Positions 7,554 to 15,763 of a stretch of DNA of 32,000 nt are shown piece after piece (the first letter of the stretch is position 1; the number at the start of each line of letters is the position of its first letter). Under the pieces are notes generated by a model. The model saw only the letters and a list, made by a program, of their open reading frames with translations, was not told the origin of the DNA and ran no database searches. A program made the position numbers and the translations under genes. Source of the stretch: an uncultured Chloroflexia bacterium (lineage in GTDB: Bacteria > Chloroflexota > Anaerolineae > Anaerolineales > Anaerolineaceae); assembly GCA_963704755.1 (NCBI GenBank), contig OY969938.1, forward strand, positions 1,950,001 to 1,982,000, written 5' to 3'.

Positions 7554-7979
7554 ATGCAAAACATGACCCCTGAGGAAATCAAAGACTTCCTGACCCGGCA
7601 GTTGCACACCGGGAAACTGGCCTCTGTCCGCAAAGATGGCCGGCCGCACGTTGCGCCGGTCTGGTTCGTCTTGGACGGCGACGACCTGCTCTTCACCACC
7701 TGGCACACCACAGTTAAATCCGCCGACCTGCACCGCGACCCGCGTGTGGCCATCTGCGTAGACGACGAAAAGCCGCCCTACACCTATGTTCTGATCGAGG
7801 GTACGGCCACCATCACCGAAAAAGCCCCGGATTTGCTTTATTGGGCTACCCGTATCGCCCAAAAATATATGGGTGAAGAGCTGGGCCAGTCCTATGGCAA
7901 ACGCAACGCCGTCGATGGAGAGCTGCTCGTGCGCGTCACCCCCACCAGAATCATCGCTCAGAAAGAGATCGCTGCATAA
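7554..7979 (+). CDS. PPOX-class (pyridoxamine 5'-phosphate oxidase-like) probable F420-dependent oxidoreductase
   Basis: LASVRKDGRPHVAPVWFVLDGDDLLFTT...RDPRVAICVDDE is the typical PPOX split-barrel pattern. Confidence 0.7.
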   Translation: MQNMTPEEIKDFLTRQLHTGKLASVRKDGRPHVAPVWFVLDGDDLLFTTWHTTVKSADLHRDPRVAICVDDEKPPYTYVLIEGTATITEKAPDLLYWATRIAQKYMGEELGQSYGKRNAVDGELLVRVTPTRIIAQKEIAA

Positions 7980-8935
7980 GGCACGTCGTCCAGGATTTTT
8001 TCGCGCCGGCCATGCATGTAGGACGTACACCAGGCGTCCAGGTTGTCGATATCCATGCTGCGGTGGATGGCGATATACATATCGATCTCGCGCAGCTTGA
8101 GGAAGCGCGGAATTTCCTGCAGCCAGGCCGGGTCGAGCGAATTTTCCAGGGAATAGCCTTCCATCAGCTCATGGTAAGTGCGCTGGGCAAAGGCCAGGTT
8201 TTCAGCGCCCACGCAGTCCAGCGGCAAGACGTACATCAGGGCCATGGCCAGGTCGTAGGCGAACCAGCCATACAGGCAGTCGTCGAAATCGAAAAGGGTA
8301 ATCCGCCCGTCCAGCACGTGAAAATTGCCCCCGTGCACGTCCTGGTGGATCATGCCATACAAATCGCAGTCCGTAGGCAGCGTGAACAGCCCGGCCAAGA
8401 TCTGGCGGAACTTTTCGGCCACCACCTGCTCGCCTACCGGTAAAAAGCGCTCGAAATCCTGCAAGTCCTCGATGACCTGCGGCCGCCGTGCCAGCGGATC
8501 AACCGGCTGGTACGTTTTAGCCAGGCAGTGCATGCGACCCAGTAAACGCCCCACGCGGACCATCAATCCATTCTGCCAGTCTTCACGCCGGGGCGGGCTG
8601 CCGGGTGCATAGATAAACGAGGTCGCCTCAAAATATTCGGGCCCATCGCCCAGTACTTCGACCAGCTCGCCGGCCAGTGACGGCAATGGATAGGCCACCG
8701 AGACGCCATTCTCGGCCAGGTAGCGTAACCAATCTATCTCACCGCGGATCGCGTAAACGTCGCGGTGCAGGCTGTGGCCAATACGTAAAATCCGCCGGGC
8801 CCCATCATGGCGGTATTCATACATGAAGCTTTCGAACCCATCCAGCAGGCTGATTTCTCCCGGCTGGATGCCATATCGGCGCATGGCCTCGTTCAATATG
8901 GCGTCAGTATAACTTTCGCGGATTCGCTTTTCCAT
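7958..8935 (-). CDS. Phosphotransferase enzyme family (APH/choline-kinase-like) protein
   Basis: MIHQDVHGGNFHV (catalytic loop HxDxxxxN) and LFDFDD (DFD metal-binding motif). Confidence 0.75.
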   Translation of the reverse strand: MEKRIRESYTDAILNEAMRRYGIQPGEISLLDGFESFMYEYRHDGARRILRIGHSLHRDVYAIRGEIDWLRYLAENGVSVAYPLPSLAGELVEVLGDGPEYFEATSFIYAPGSPPRREDWQNGLMVRVGRLLGRMHCLAKTYQPVDPLARRPQVIEDLQDFERFLPVGEQVVAEKFRQILAGLFTLPTDCDLYGMIHQDVHGGNFHVLDGRITLFDFDDCLYGWFAYDLAMALMYVLPLDCVGAENLAFAQRTYHELMEGYSLENSLDPAWLQEIPRFLKLREIDMYIAIHRSMDIDNLDAWCTSYMHGRREKILDDVPYAAISF

Positions 8936-9246
8936 AAGAAATTTGCTGCCCCACCTGGATTAAAGATTTATTGGTAAAAGTATTGTAACCCGAGTTTGAT
9001 TTTGCAACACCCGCCGGCCGGCCAGTAGTGCATATCGGGGCGCAGCCTCTCCTTTCCCGATTCCCGTCCAAAGCAAAAACCACTTTGGCGGGAAGAGCCA
9101 ATCGCCCCACCTAAAACCCGTATTTTGGATTTTAGCGGAATCAAAATTCTAATCTTTTGTGATAAACAATACGAAATTAGTTATAATACCTTGGATCGAT
9201 CCAATTCGATGATCCAATCCCATATTATTTGCCCAGGAGGAAAGTG

Positions 9247-9582
9247 ATGGCAGCAAAATTCGAGTTAAAACCAGCCAGCGGCGGAAAGTTCATGTTCAAC
9301 CTCAAGGCCGGCAACGGCCAGGTGATCCTCACCAGCGAAACCTACCAGGCCAAAGCCGGCGCGGAAAATGGGATCGAGTCGGTCAAGAAAAACGCGCCCA
9401 ACGATAGCAACTACGAACGTAAGTCGTCCAGTAAAGGCTCCCCATATTTCGTGCTCAAAGCCGGCAACGGGCAGATCATCGGCATGAGCGAAATGTATTC
9501 TTCCAATTCGGCAATGGAAGGCGGAATCGCCTCGGTCAAGCAAAACGCACCCACAGCCGAAGTCGTCGACCTGACGGAATAA
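9247..9582 (+). CDS. YegP/DUF1508 family protein (two tandem repeats)
   Basis: Two internal repeats (FNLKAGNGQVILTSETY...GIESVKKNAP and FVLKAGNGQIIGMSEMY...GIASVKQNAP). AGGAGG lies 6 nt upstream of the ATG at 9247. Confidence 0.8.
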   Translation: MAAKFELKPASGGKFMFNLKAGNGQVILTSETYQAKAGAENGIESVKKNAPNDSNYERKSSSKGSPYFVLKAGNGQIIGMSEMYSSNSAMEGGIASVKQNAPTAEVVDLTE

Positions 9583-9781
9583 TCCATTCAATCCAGTCCT
9601 CTCTTTATAACCGGGCTATAAATCAATTTAAGGACGCGAATGCGCGCTCCGCGCCATTTATAATATAGGGACGTCACGACCCAGCCTTCGCCAGGCGAGT
9701 AGCCAGCCCTTGCACCTGCTGGCCACTCACCTGGGAGGCGGTCGGGACTAACCTCAAGAGGAATGGAAATATAGACATCCA

Positions 9782-10441
9782 ATGAATTCCAATCACCACC
9801 AACACCCGGCCGTCGTGTTCGATTTTGGCGGCGTCTTGCTCGATTGGAGCGCGTATTACCTTTACGGAAAGCATTTTGGCGGCGACCTGGCAGCCGTGGA
9901 CAGGTTCCTGGACGAGATAGGGTTTGCCGAGTGGAACCACCGGCAGGACGCGGGCCGGCCCTTTGCCGAGGCGGTCGCCGAGATGAGCGCACGCTTTCCA
10001 CAGTACATCGACCTGATCCGTATGTACGACGAAAATTGGGAGGATTCGATGGGTGGGGCCATTCAACCAACGGTGGACGTGCTGGCAGCGTTAAAACAGG
10101 CCGGCTTTCCACTGTATGGCCTGAGCAACTGGTCGGCCGAAAAATTCCGTCTGGTACGCCCCCAATATGAATTCTTAAACTGGCTCGATGACATTGTCAT
10201 CTCGGGCGAGGTCAAACTGGCCAAACCCGACCCGCAGTTCTACGCTGCCTTCCTCAAGCGCACCGGCCGGCCGGCCGGTGATTGCCTGTACATCGACGAT
10301 ACACTGCGCAACATCGAAGTCGCCAACGAACTGGGCTTCCAGACCATCTTGTTCGTATCCGGCGGCCAACTGGCTAAAGAGTTGCAACAGCGCGGATTGT
10401 TATCCGCGCAGGTCGTGGACCGGCTGATTGAAAAGGAATAG
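9782..10441 (+). CDS. HAD-superfamily hydrolase (subfamily IA-like)
   Basis: Motif I VVFDFGGVL, motif II LSN, and KPDP plus YIDD (motifs III/IV). Confidence 0.8.
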   Translation: MNSNHHQHPAVVFDFGGVLLDWSAYYLYGKHFGGDLAAVDRFLDEIGFAEWNHRQDAGRPFAEAVAEMSARFPQYIDLIRMYDENWEDSMGGAIQPTVDVLAALKQAGFPLYGLSNWSAEKFRLVRPQYEFLNWLDDIVISGEVKLAKPDPQFYAAFLKRTGRPAGDCLYIDDTLRNIEVANELGFQTILFVSGGQLAKELQQRGLLSAQVVDRLIEKE

Positions 10442-10443
10442 GT

Positions 10444-11118
10444 ATGAACATCCCTGAGGAAAACAAACCCAACATATCTCGAGACTTGATTCGCATCCAT
10501 ATGATTATCTCCCGCGGCCTGGCGGTCGCGTTGGACTGCGGGCAGGACTTTTTGAACGGCGGCTTTCCGGACAGCCGCACCCGCCAGGGTTACCACGATT
10601 TTGTGGGCTGCCTGGTCTCCGTCATCGATGCGCACCACCTGGCCGAGGATGAGGTGGCTTTCCCGCGCCTGGGGGTCAAGATACCGGCCGCGCCTTACCA
10701 AATGCTGGCAGCCGAGCACCATAAGATGATTACCATTCTGGAGGAAATCAAAGCCGCGGTGGAGGATTTGCTGGGGGAAAACAGCGCACAGGCTTTGATA
10801 GTCTGCACAAATGCGCTAAAACGGCTGCGCTATATGTGGTTCCCGCACATCAAAATCGAGGAAACCCATTTTTCAGAGGACAAAGTCGCCGCAGCCATGG
10901 CCGGCGACGAGCAGAGTGCCCTCTCGGCCCAGATGGGCAAGTTCAGCCAGGAGCACACCAGCCCGGACTACCTGATTATTCCGTTTATCCTCTTCAACCT
11001 GCCCCCCGACGAGCGGGCCAAATTCTCGCAGGCCATTCCCCCGGTGGTGACCGAGCAGCTCGTACCCCACGTGTGGAAGGAACAGTGGCAGCCCATGGAA
11101 CCGTTTCTGCTGGAATGA
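10444..11118 (+). CDS. Hemerythrin/HHE cation-binding-like domain protein (tentative)
   Basis: Starts 2 nt after the HAD stop, so probably an operon. Spaced His/Glu pairs (HHLAEDE, AEHHKM, HIKIEETHF) resemble hemerythrin-like metal ligands. The assignment is weak. Confidence 0.5.
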   Translation: MNIPEENKPNISRDLIRIHMIISRGLAVALDCGQDFLNGGFPDSRTRQGYHDFVGCLVSVIDAHHLAEDEVAFPRLGVKIPAAPYQMLAAEHHKMITILEEIKAAVEDLLGENSAQALIVCTNALKRLRYMWFPHIKIEETHFSEDKVAAAMAGDEQSALSAQMGKFSQEHTSPDYLIIPFILFNLPPDERAKFSQAIPPVVTEQLVPHVWKEQWQPMEPFLLE

Positions 11119-11566
11119 GGGAAGACGCCGGCCGAAAAGATGCATTGGCTATTTGGCCATTGCTATAAACGGCTGGCCGCGCCCCTCACCTGGCCTGTCC
11201 CCGTCGTTTTGTATTGACCGGGTAAGAACACGTTCGTGGCAGCATATACAAGGTCTGAGTAGCTTCTCGCATATCCTATCAGTACTATTAGGTGGGATAA
11301 GCGCTCATCGATCATGAAAAACCTATCAGCAGACAAACTGGCGGAATTTGCGCGAATCAGATTTAGGATACGTTGGCAACGCACCAAAAGCATCGGCTTT
11401 TCATATAATTTAGTTACGAATGAATCGGGTTGGGGTACGATGGGAACACGAAAGTAAGCCAAACCAATAACAATTCCATGACCAGCCCGTGCCCAGGGTT
11501 GTTTGCTGTCCAAGCTCTATGGAACTTATTATCCCCTGCAATTGTGTTTTGTCGGAGTTAAAAGAA

Positions 11567-12277
11567 ATGGAAGATCAACGTTATTCAATAACCATAAACA
11601 ATATTCGATCGCCTGAAATTAAAGATTTCTTGGAAAATGCTTCTAATATCATGGCAGAAAATGAAAACTTCTTGTACTTCAAGGCACAAAATACTTACGA
11701 TGAAATTGTTGGGTTAGCTAATGACTATATTCAATACATCAGAAATCTTTTTAAAAGCGGGGCTACAACAAATGATTTTACACGTTTAGCTCTGCTCTAT
11801 TATCTTAATCATATTTTGCAACCTGGTTATGGATCAATTTATGTCAATTTCTTGCTGGGGAATGTTCCCTCTTGTTTCATGAATCTTAGGTTACAGACAG
11901 AATCTCTTTGTACGTGTTATCTCGCAGATAAAGATAATAAATCCATGGACTTCTTTCAAGACAGAATAAACACTTTTAAAGAGAAGTCAAACAACTACAA
12001 TATTACTCAATTAGTTAAAAGATTTGATAAGGAAATAGGTTCAACTGATGCAGCAACAACTCTTTGGAAAGAATTATCAGAATGGCTGCATACAAAAGGG
12101 GTTATGAATGAAATGGTCGAAGGTTTAATAGAGAGTTCAAATATTTCTGCCTGGAATTTGATTATCCCTATAAATTATTGTGAAAGCGATTTGTTTTCAT
12201 TGCAGGAATTGGGAGAAAAAATCCACAAATTTAGAGAATTACTCAATATGGCAATGAAACAATCCTCTCCGGAGTAA
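11567..12277 (+). CDS. Orphan hypothetical protein in a strongly AT-rich islet
   Basis: Long ORF in AT-rich DNA, where stop codons are frequent by chance. GGAG lies 9 nt upstream of the ATG at 11567 (the ORF track starts at 11489). Helix-rich, Asn/Lys/Ile-rich composition. I recognise no family. Confidence 0.6.
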   Translation: MEDQRYSITINNIRSPEIKDFLENASNIMAENENFLYFKAQNTYDEIVGLANDYIQYIRNLFKSGATTNDFTRLALLYYLNHILQPGYGSIYVNFLLGNVPSCFMNLRLQTESLCTCYLADKDNKSMDFFQDRINTFKEKSNNYNITQLVKRFDKEIGSTDAATTLWKELSEWLHTKGVMNEMVEGLIESSNISAWNLIIPINYCESDLFSLQELGEKIHKFRELLNMAMKQSSPE

Positions 12278-12515
12278 AATTTTTAAGAGAAATTATCAAC
12301 AAGATAATTTGCTTAACAAAATTTCTTTTTCGTTTTATATAAAATCGTTTATAAAAACGTCTCATCTCTACCAGAAGAAATAAATACGAATACTCCTGAT
12401 GCGTTACCAACGCACTCTACTTATCAGTAATCAGCGCATAATCCTTCTGCAGAAAATAACAGTAATTTTCAGTGGGTGTAGAGAAAGTGGAGGTGGTGAT
12501 TAACACTCGCCCAGG

Positions 12516-12579
12516 ATTGAACTAGCGGAATTTGTATAAATTCCGCTAGTTCAATTGGATGAATTTATACAAATTCCGC
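12516..12579. repeat. 18-bp perfect hairpin plus a third arm able to form an alternative 19-bp helix
   Basis: ATTGAACTAGCGGAATTT-GTAT-AAATTCCGCTAGTTCAAT (12516-12555). 12561-12579 (GAATTTATACAAATTCCGC) is the exact reverse complement of 12525-12543. Confidence 0.7.
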
Positions 12580-12622
12580 CAATACACTATAATTGACTTG
12601 AATCCAAAGCGAGGGGAACCTC

Positions 12623-13294
12623 ATGGAGCTCAATCGAAAATTCTGGAATGAACGGCAGCAGGCCCTGCGTCTGGCGCTGCGCGACCCGGCGGACCACCCG
12701 CAGGCGGTCGCGTTGTTCCTCGACCAGCACGCCATGGTCCACACGGCCGGTATGGCACAGTCCGGGTTGTGGTCCTTCGAGGACGAAGTCTGGCAGGGGC
12801 TGGACGAAGCCGCCGCACGCCAGGTACCGCCTAAACTGGAGCATTCCGTCGCCTGGACTACCTTCCACCTGGCCCGCATCGAGGATGTAACCATGAACCT
12901 GCTGCTGGTCGGCAGCCCACAGGTTTTCCGGCAGAGCGGCTGGATGGATCGATTGGGGATCCGCCTGGCGCATACCGGCAACGGCATGGACGAGCCGGCG
13001 GTCAGCGACTTTAGCGAGCAGGTGCATCTGGCTGCCCTGCGCGCCTACCGCCTGGCGGTAGGGCAGCGCACCCGCGAGATTGTCGGCCAAATCGACGCGC
13101 AAGCGCTGCGCCAAAAAGTTCAGCCGGCCCGCCTGCAACGGGTCCTGGACGAAGGGGCACTGGTCGAGGAAGCCCGCGGCCTGCTGGATTACTGGGGCGG
13201 GCTGACCGGCGCCGGCTTGCTGCTGATGCCGCCCACACGCCACAATTTCGTCCACCTCAACGAGGCATTGCGGATCTTAAAAAAGATGAAATAA
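12623..13294 (+). CDS. DinB-family (DinB_2-like) protein
   Basis: HSVAWTTFHLARIEDV is a typical DinB-fold helix with a His ligand. GAGGGG lies 6 nt upstream of the ATG. Confidence 0.7.
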   Translation: MELNRKFWNERQQALRLALRDPADHPQAVALFLDQHAMVHTAGMAQSGLWSFEDEVWQGLDEAAARQVPPKLEHSVAWTTFHLARIEDVTMNLLLVGSPQVFRQSGWMDRLGIRLAHTGNGMDEPAVSDFSEQVHLAALRAYRLAVGQRTREIVGQIDAQALRQKVQPARLQRVLDEGALVEEARGLLDYWGGLTGAGLLLMPPTRHNFVHLNEALRILKKMK

Positions 13295-13336
13295 ACGTTT
13301 TGGTGCGACATAGGCGCACCAAAACGTTTATTTCAT
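13286..13336 (+). repeat. 22-bp perfect stem hairpin overlapping the DinB stop codon
   Basis: ATGAAATAAACGTTTTGGTGCG-ACATAGG-CGCACCAAAACGTTTATTTCAT. No T-run follows, so terminator function is uncertain. Confidence 0.6.
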
Positions 13337-13357
13337 CCGGTTGGTGCTTGACTCCAA

Positions 13358-13403
13358 TAAATAAACAGTGTATATTTATATATAAATATACACTGTTTAT
13401 TTA
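13358..13403. repeat. 46-bp perfect loop-less AT-rich palindrome
   Basis: TAAATAAACAGTGTATATTTATA|TATAAATATACACTGTTTATTTA; the 23-bp arms were checked base by base. Confidence 0.85.
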
Positions 13404-13430
13404 AAAACCGCATAACCCAACGGAATAGAA

Positions 13431-13487
13431 TCTCGAAATTGAGGTGTTTGCAGGGACTTCGTCCCTGCAAACACCTCAATTTCGAGA
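13431..13487. repeat. 27-bp perfect stem, TTC loop: CGAAATTGAG hairpin family member
   Basis: TCTCGAAATTGAGGTGTTTGCAGGGAC-TTC-GTCCCTGCAAACACCTCAATTTCGAGA. Ends 49 nt upstream of the TetR start. Confidence 0.85.
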
Positions 13488-13535
13488 ACTTCTTAAAATA
13501 CGCCTGAGTTGGCGCGTTTATTGATTGGAGTAACC

Positions 13536-14234
13536 ATGTCCCGACCGAAACGCTCACAGCAAATCCCAAACCTGCCGGAGGTCATCAAAGAGACCGCCTG
13601 GAAGCAGATCGCCGAATACGGCGCGCCGTCGCTGTCTTTACGCGCCATCGCCCGCGAGCTGGGCCTTACGGCCCCCTCCATCTACCGCTACTATCCCAGC
13701 CGGGATGACCTCGTCACGGCCATGATCGTGGACGCTTACCACGCATTGGGCGAAACGCAGCGCGCGGCCGCGGCCAGCCTGCCTGCCGATGCGCTGGCCG
13801 AACGGTTCCGGAGGCTCGGCCTGGCCTACCGTGAATGGGCCATCGGTCACCCGCAGTGGTACCAGCTCATTTTCGGTACGCCCATTCCGGGCTACCAGGC
13901 CCCCGAAGACATAACTGTCCCGGCCGCGGCCTGGTCCCTGCAGCCGCTCATTGAAAACATCTCAGAACTGTCCGCTTCCGGCAAGCTGCGTTTGGAAGAT
14001 CTGGCCCCGCTCACCCCCCGGCTCGAAGGGATGCTGGCCGATTGGCTGGCCTTTACTGGCGATGCCGAGGTCGAGGTCCTTTACCTGGCCCTGGTCGTGT
14101 GGAGCCGGGTCCACGGGCTGGTCTCGCTCGAAATTGGCCAGCAAATGCCTTCTTTTATTAACGATCCCGCCGAGGTTTATCTGCGGGAAATTAACCACAT
14201 GTCCCGCCATTACCTGGCGGGGGAGAACGAATAA
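13536..14234 (+). CDS. TetR/AcrR family transcriptional regulator
   Basis: N-terminal HTH LSLRAIARELGLTAPSIYRYYPSRDDL. GGAG lies 5 nt upstream of the ATG at 13536. Confidence 0.85.
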   Translation: MSRPKRSQQIPNLPEVIKETAWKQIAEYGAPSLSLRAIARELGLTAPSIYRYYPSRDDLVTAMIVDAYHALGETQRAAAASLPADALAERFRRLGLAYREWAIGHPQWYQLIFGTPIPGYQAPEDITVPAAAWSLQPLIENISELSASGKLRLEDLAPLTPRLEGMLADWLAFTGDAEVEVLYLALVVWSRVHGLVSLEIGQQMPSFINDPAEVYLREINHMSRHYLAGENE

Positions 14235-15155
14235 ATGAACGAATTCCACCTGATTTTTGGAACCGGCCCGTTGGGCAAATCTACTGCCCGTGAATTGGTC
14301 CGCCTGGGCAAGCAGGTACGCATGGTCAACCGCTCCGGCCAGGCCAGCGGACTGCCCGAAAGCGTACAGATCCTGGCCGCGGATGCCTACAACACGGCCA
14401 ACAACATTATCCTGACCCAGGGTGCGGCGGCGGTCTATCAATGCGCCCAACCGGCTTACTACGATTGGGCCGAGAAATTCCCCTCTTTGCAAAGCGCCAT
14501 CCTGGAAGCGGCCGCGGCCAACGGCGCCAAGCTGATCGTCGGCGACAACCTGTACATGTACGGCGCCTTCCGCGGCGCGCTGCGCGAGGACTCTCCGCTG
14601 AACCCCAACACGCGTAAAGGCAAGGTCCGCGCGGAAATGGCCGGCCAGGTCATGGACGCTCACCAACAAGGCCGGCTGCGCGCGGCCGTCGGGCGGGCGT
14701 CGGACTTCTTCGGCCCGGACGATCATGGCCTGACCGGTTACCTGATCCGCCCGGCCGTGTCCGGCAAGCCGGCCAGCCTGCTCGGGCGGCTCGACCAGCC
14801 CCATACCTACACCTACGTCAACGACTTTGGCCGGCTGTTAGCCACCCTGGGCACTCACGACGAAGCCCTGGGCCAGATCTGGTTTACGCCCAGCAGCCCG
14901 GCCGTGACCCAGGCTGAATTCATCCGCCTGCTGGAGGCAGAGCTGGGCCACCCGGTCAAGACCATGGTCGCCGGCCCGCTGATGGTGGGCCTGCTGGGCC
15001 TGTTCAACAAGGAGATCCGCGAGACCGCCGAAATGCTGTTCGAGTGGCAAATGCCCTACGTGGTGGATACCGGTAAGGCCGAGCAAGCCTTTGGGCTGCG
15101 GCCCACCCTGCTCGAAGAGGCCATCCACGAGACGGTGGCCTGGCTGAAGGCTTAG
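14235..15155 (+). CDS. NAD(P)-binding epimerase/dehydratase-like (atypical SDR) protein
   Basis: The ATG directly abuts the TetR stop. N-terminal Rossmann motif IFGTGPLGKSTAREL. Confidence 0.75.
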   Translation: MNEFHLIFGTGPLGKSTARELVRLGKQVRMVNRSGQASGLPESVQILAADAYNTANNIILTQGAAAVYQCAQPAYYDWAEKFPSLQSAILEAAAANGAKLIVGDNLYMYGAFRGALREDSPLNPNTRKGKVRAEMAGQVMDAHQQGRLRAAVGRASDFFGPDDHGLTGYLIRPAVSGKPASLLGRLDQPHTYTYVNDFGRLLATLGTHDEALGQIWFTPSSPAVTQAEFIRLLEAELGHPVKTMVAGPLMVGLLGLFNKEIRETAEMLFEWQMPYVVDTGKAEQAFGLRPTLLEEAIHETVAWLKA

Positions 15156-15180
15156 GAATTTGGCCACAGATGGACACCTT

Positions 15181-15230
15181 CCCTCATCCCTCCCAACCCT
15201 CCCTTCCCCCAGAAAGGGGGAAGGGAGGGC
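15181..15230 (+). terminator. GC-rich CCCTC/GAGGG hairpin repeat, copy 3; possible terminator after the SDR gene
   Basis: 14-bp stem CCCTCCCTTCCCCC (15197-15210) / GGGGGAAGGGAGGG (15216-15229), then CTTTCT. Same family as 4827-4866 and 5099-5137. Confidence 0.5.
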
Positions 15231-15281
15231 TTTCTAAGCCCTCGTTTATCTGTACCCTCTTTATTGGTAAAGGAGTTGATC

Positions 15282-15758
15282 ATGGCTAAAGTATTCAACG
15301 GCCGCTACACGGCTAAGACAGACCAACCGTTCGCCCTGTTTCTGATCGGTATGCGCATCAACAAGTGGTGGCGCTTCGGTAAATGGATCCCGGTGGCTAC
15401 GGCGATGGCGCCCATGCTCAAGGCGCTCTACACTTACCCGCAAAAGGGCTTTTTACACGCCGAGTATTACTTCAACTTCAGCGGACCGGTGCTGATCCAG
15501 TACTGGCGCTCCTTCGAGGACCTGGAAAACTTCGCCCGCAACCCGTCCGACCCGCACCTGGGCGCCTGGAAGCGCTTCAATAAGGCCATCGGCTCGAACG
15601 GCGTTGCCGGCATATGGCACGAGACTTACCTGATCCAGCCCAACCAGTTCGAGAGCGTGTACGGCAATATGCCCAAATTCGGCCTGGGGGCAGCCTTCGA
15701 GCACGTCGAAGCGACCGGCAACCGTGAGACCGCCCGCCTGCGCCTGGGGCGCGTGTAA
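15282..15758 (+). CDS. DUF4188 domain protein
   Basis: FLIGMRINKWW...IQYWRSFEDLENFAR...GIWHETY matches my memory of the DUF4188 pattern. AGGAG lies 6 nt upstream of the ATG at 15282. Confidence 0.65.
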   Translation: MAKVFNGRYTAKTDQPFALFLIGMRINKWWRFGKWIPVATAMAPMLKALYTYPQKGFLHAEYYFNFSGPVLIQYWRSFEDLENFARNPSDPHLGAWKRFNKAIGSNGVAGIWHETYLIQPNQFESVYGNMPKFGLGAAFEHVEATGNRETARLRLGRV

Positions 15759-15763
15759 AACGC

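Noticed and set aside
9588-10112. 174-aa and 130-aa minus-strand ORFs opposite the HAD hydrolase gene
   Set aside because: They are antisense to a gene with clear HAD motifs, and their translations are Arg/Pro-rich shadow sequence.
11163-11513. 116-aa minus-strand ORF between the hemerythrin-like gene and the AT-rich islet
   Set aside because: It has no RBS and no recognisable motif, and its start overlaps the upstream region of the orphan ORF. It cannot be excluded, but the evidence is too weak to call.
11367-12415. Integron cassette (attC) interpretation of the repeats flanking the AT-rich ORF
   Set aside because: The repeats do not fit the GTTRRRY core or the attC architecture as far as I can judge, and there is no integrase or attI nearby.
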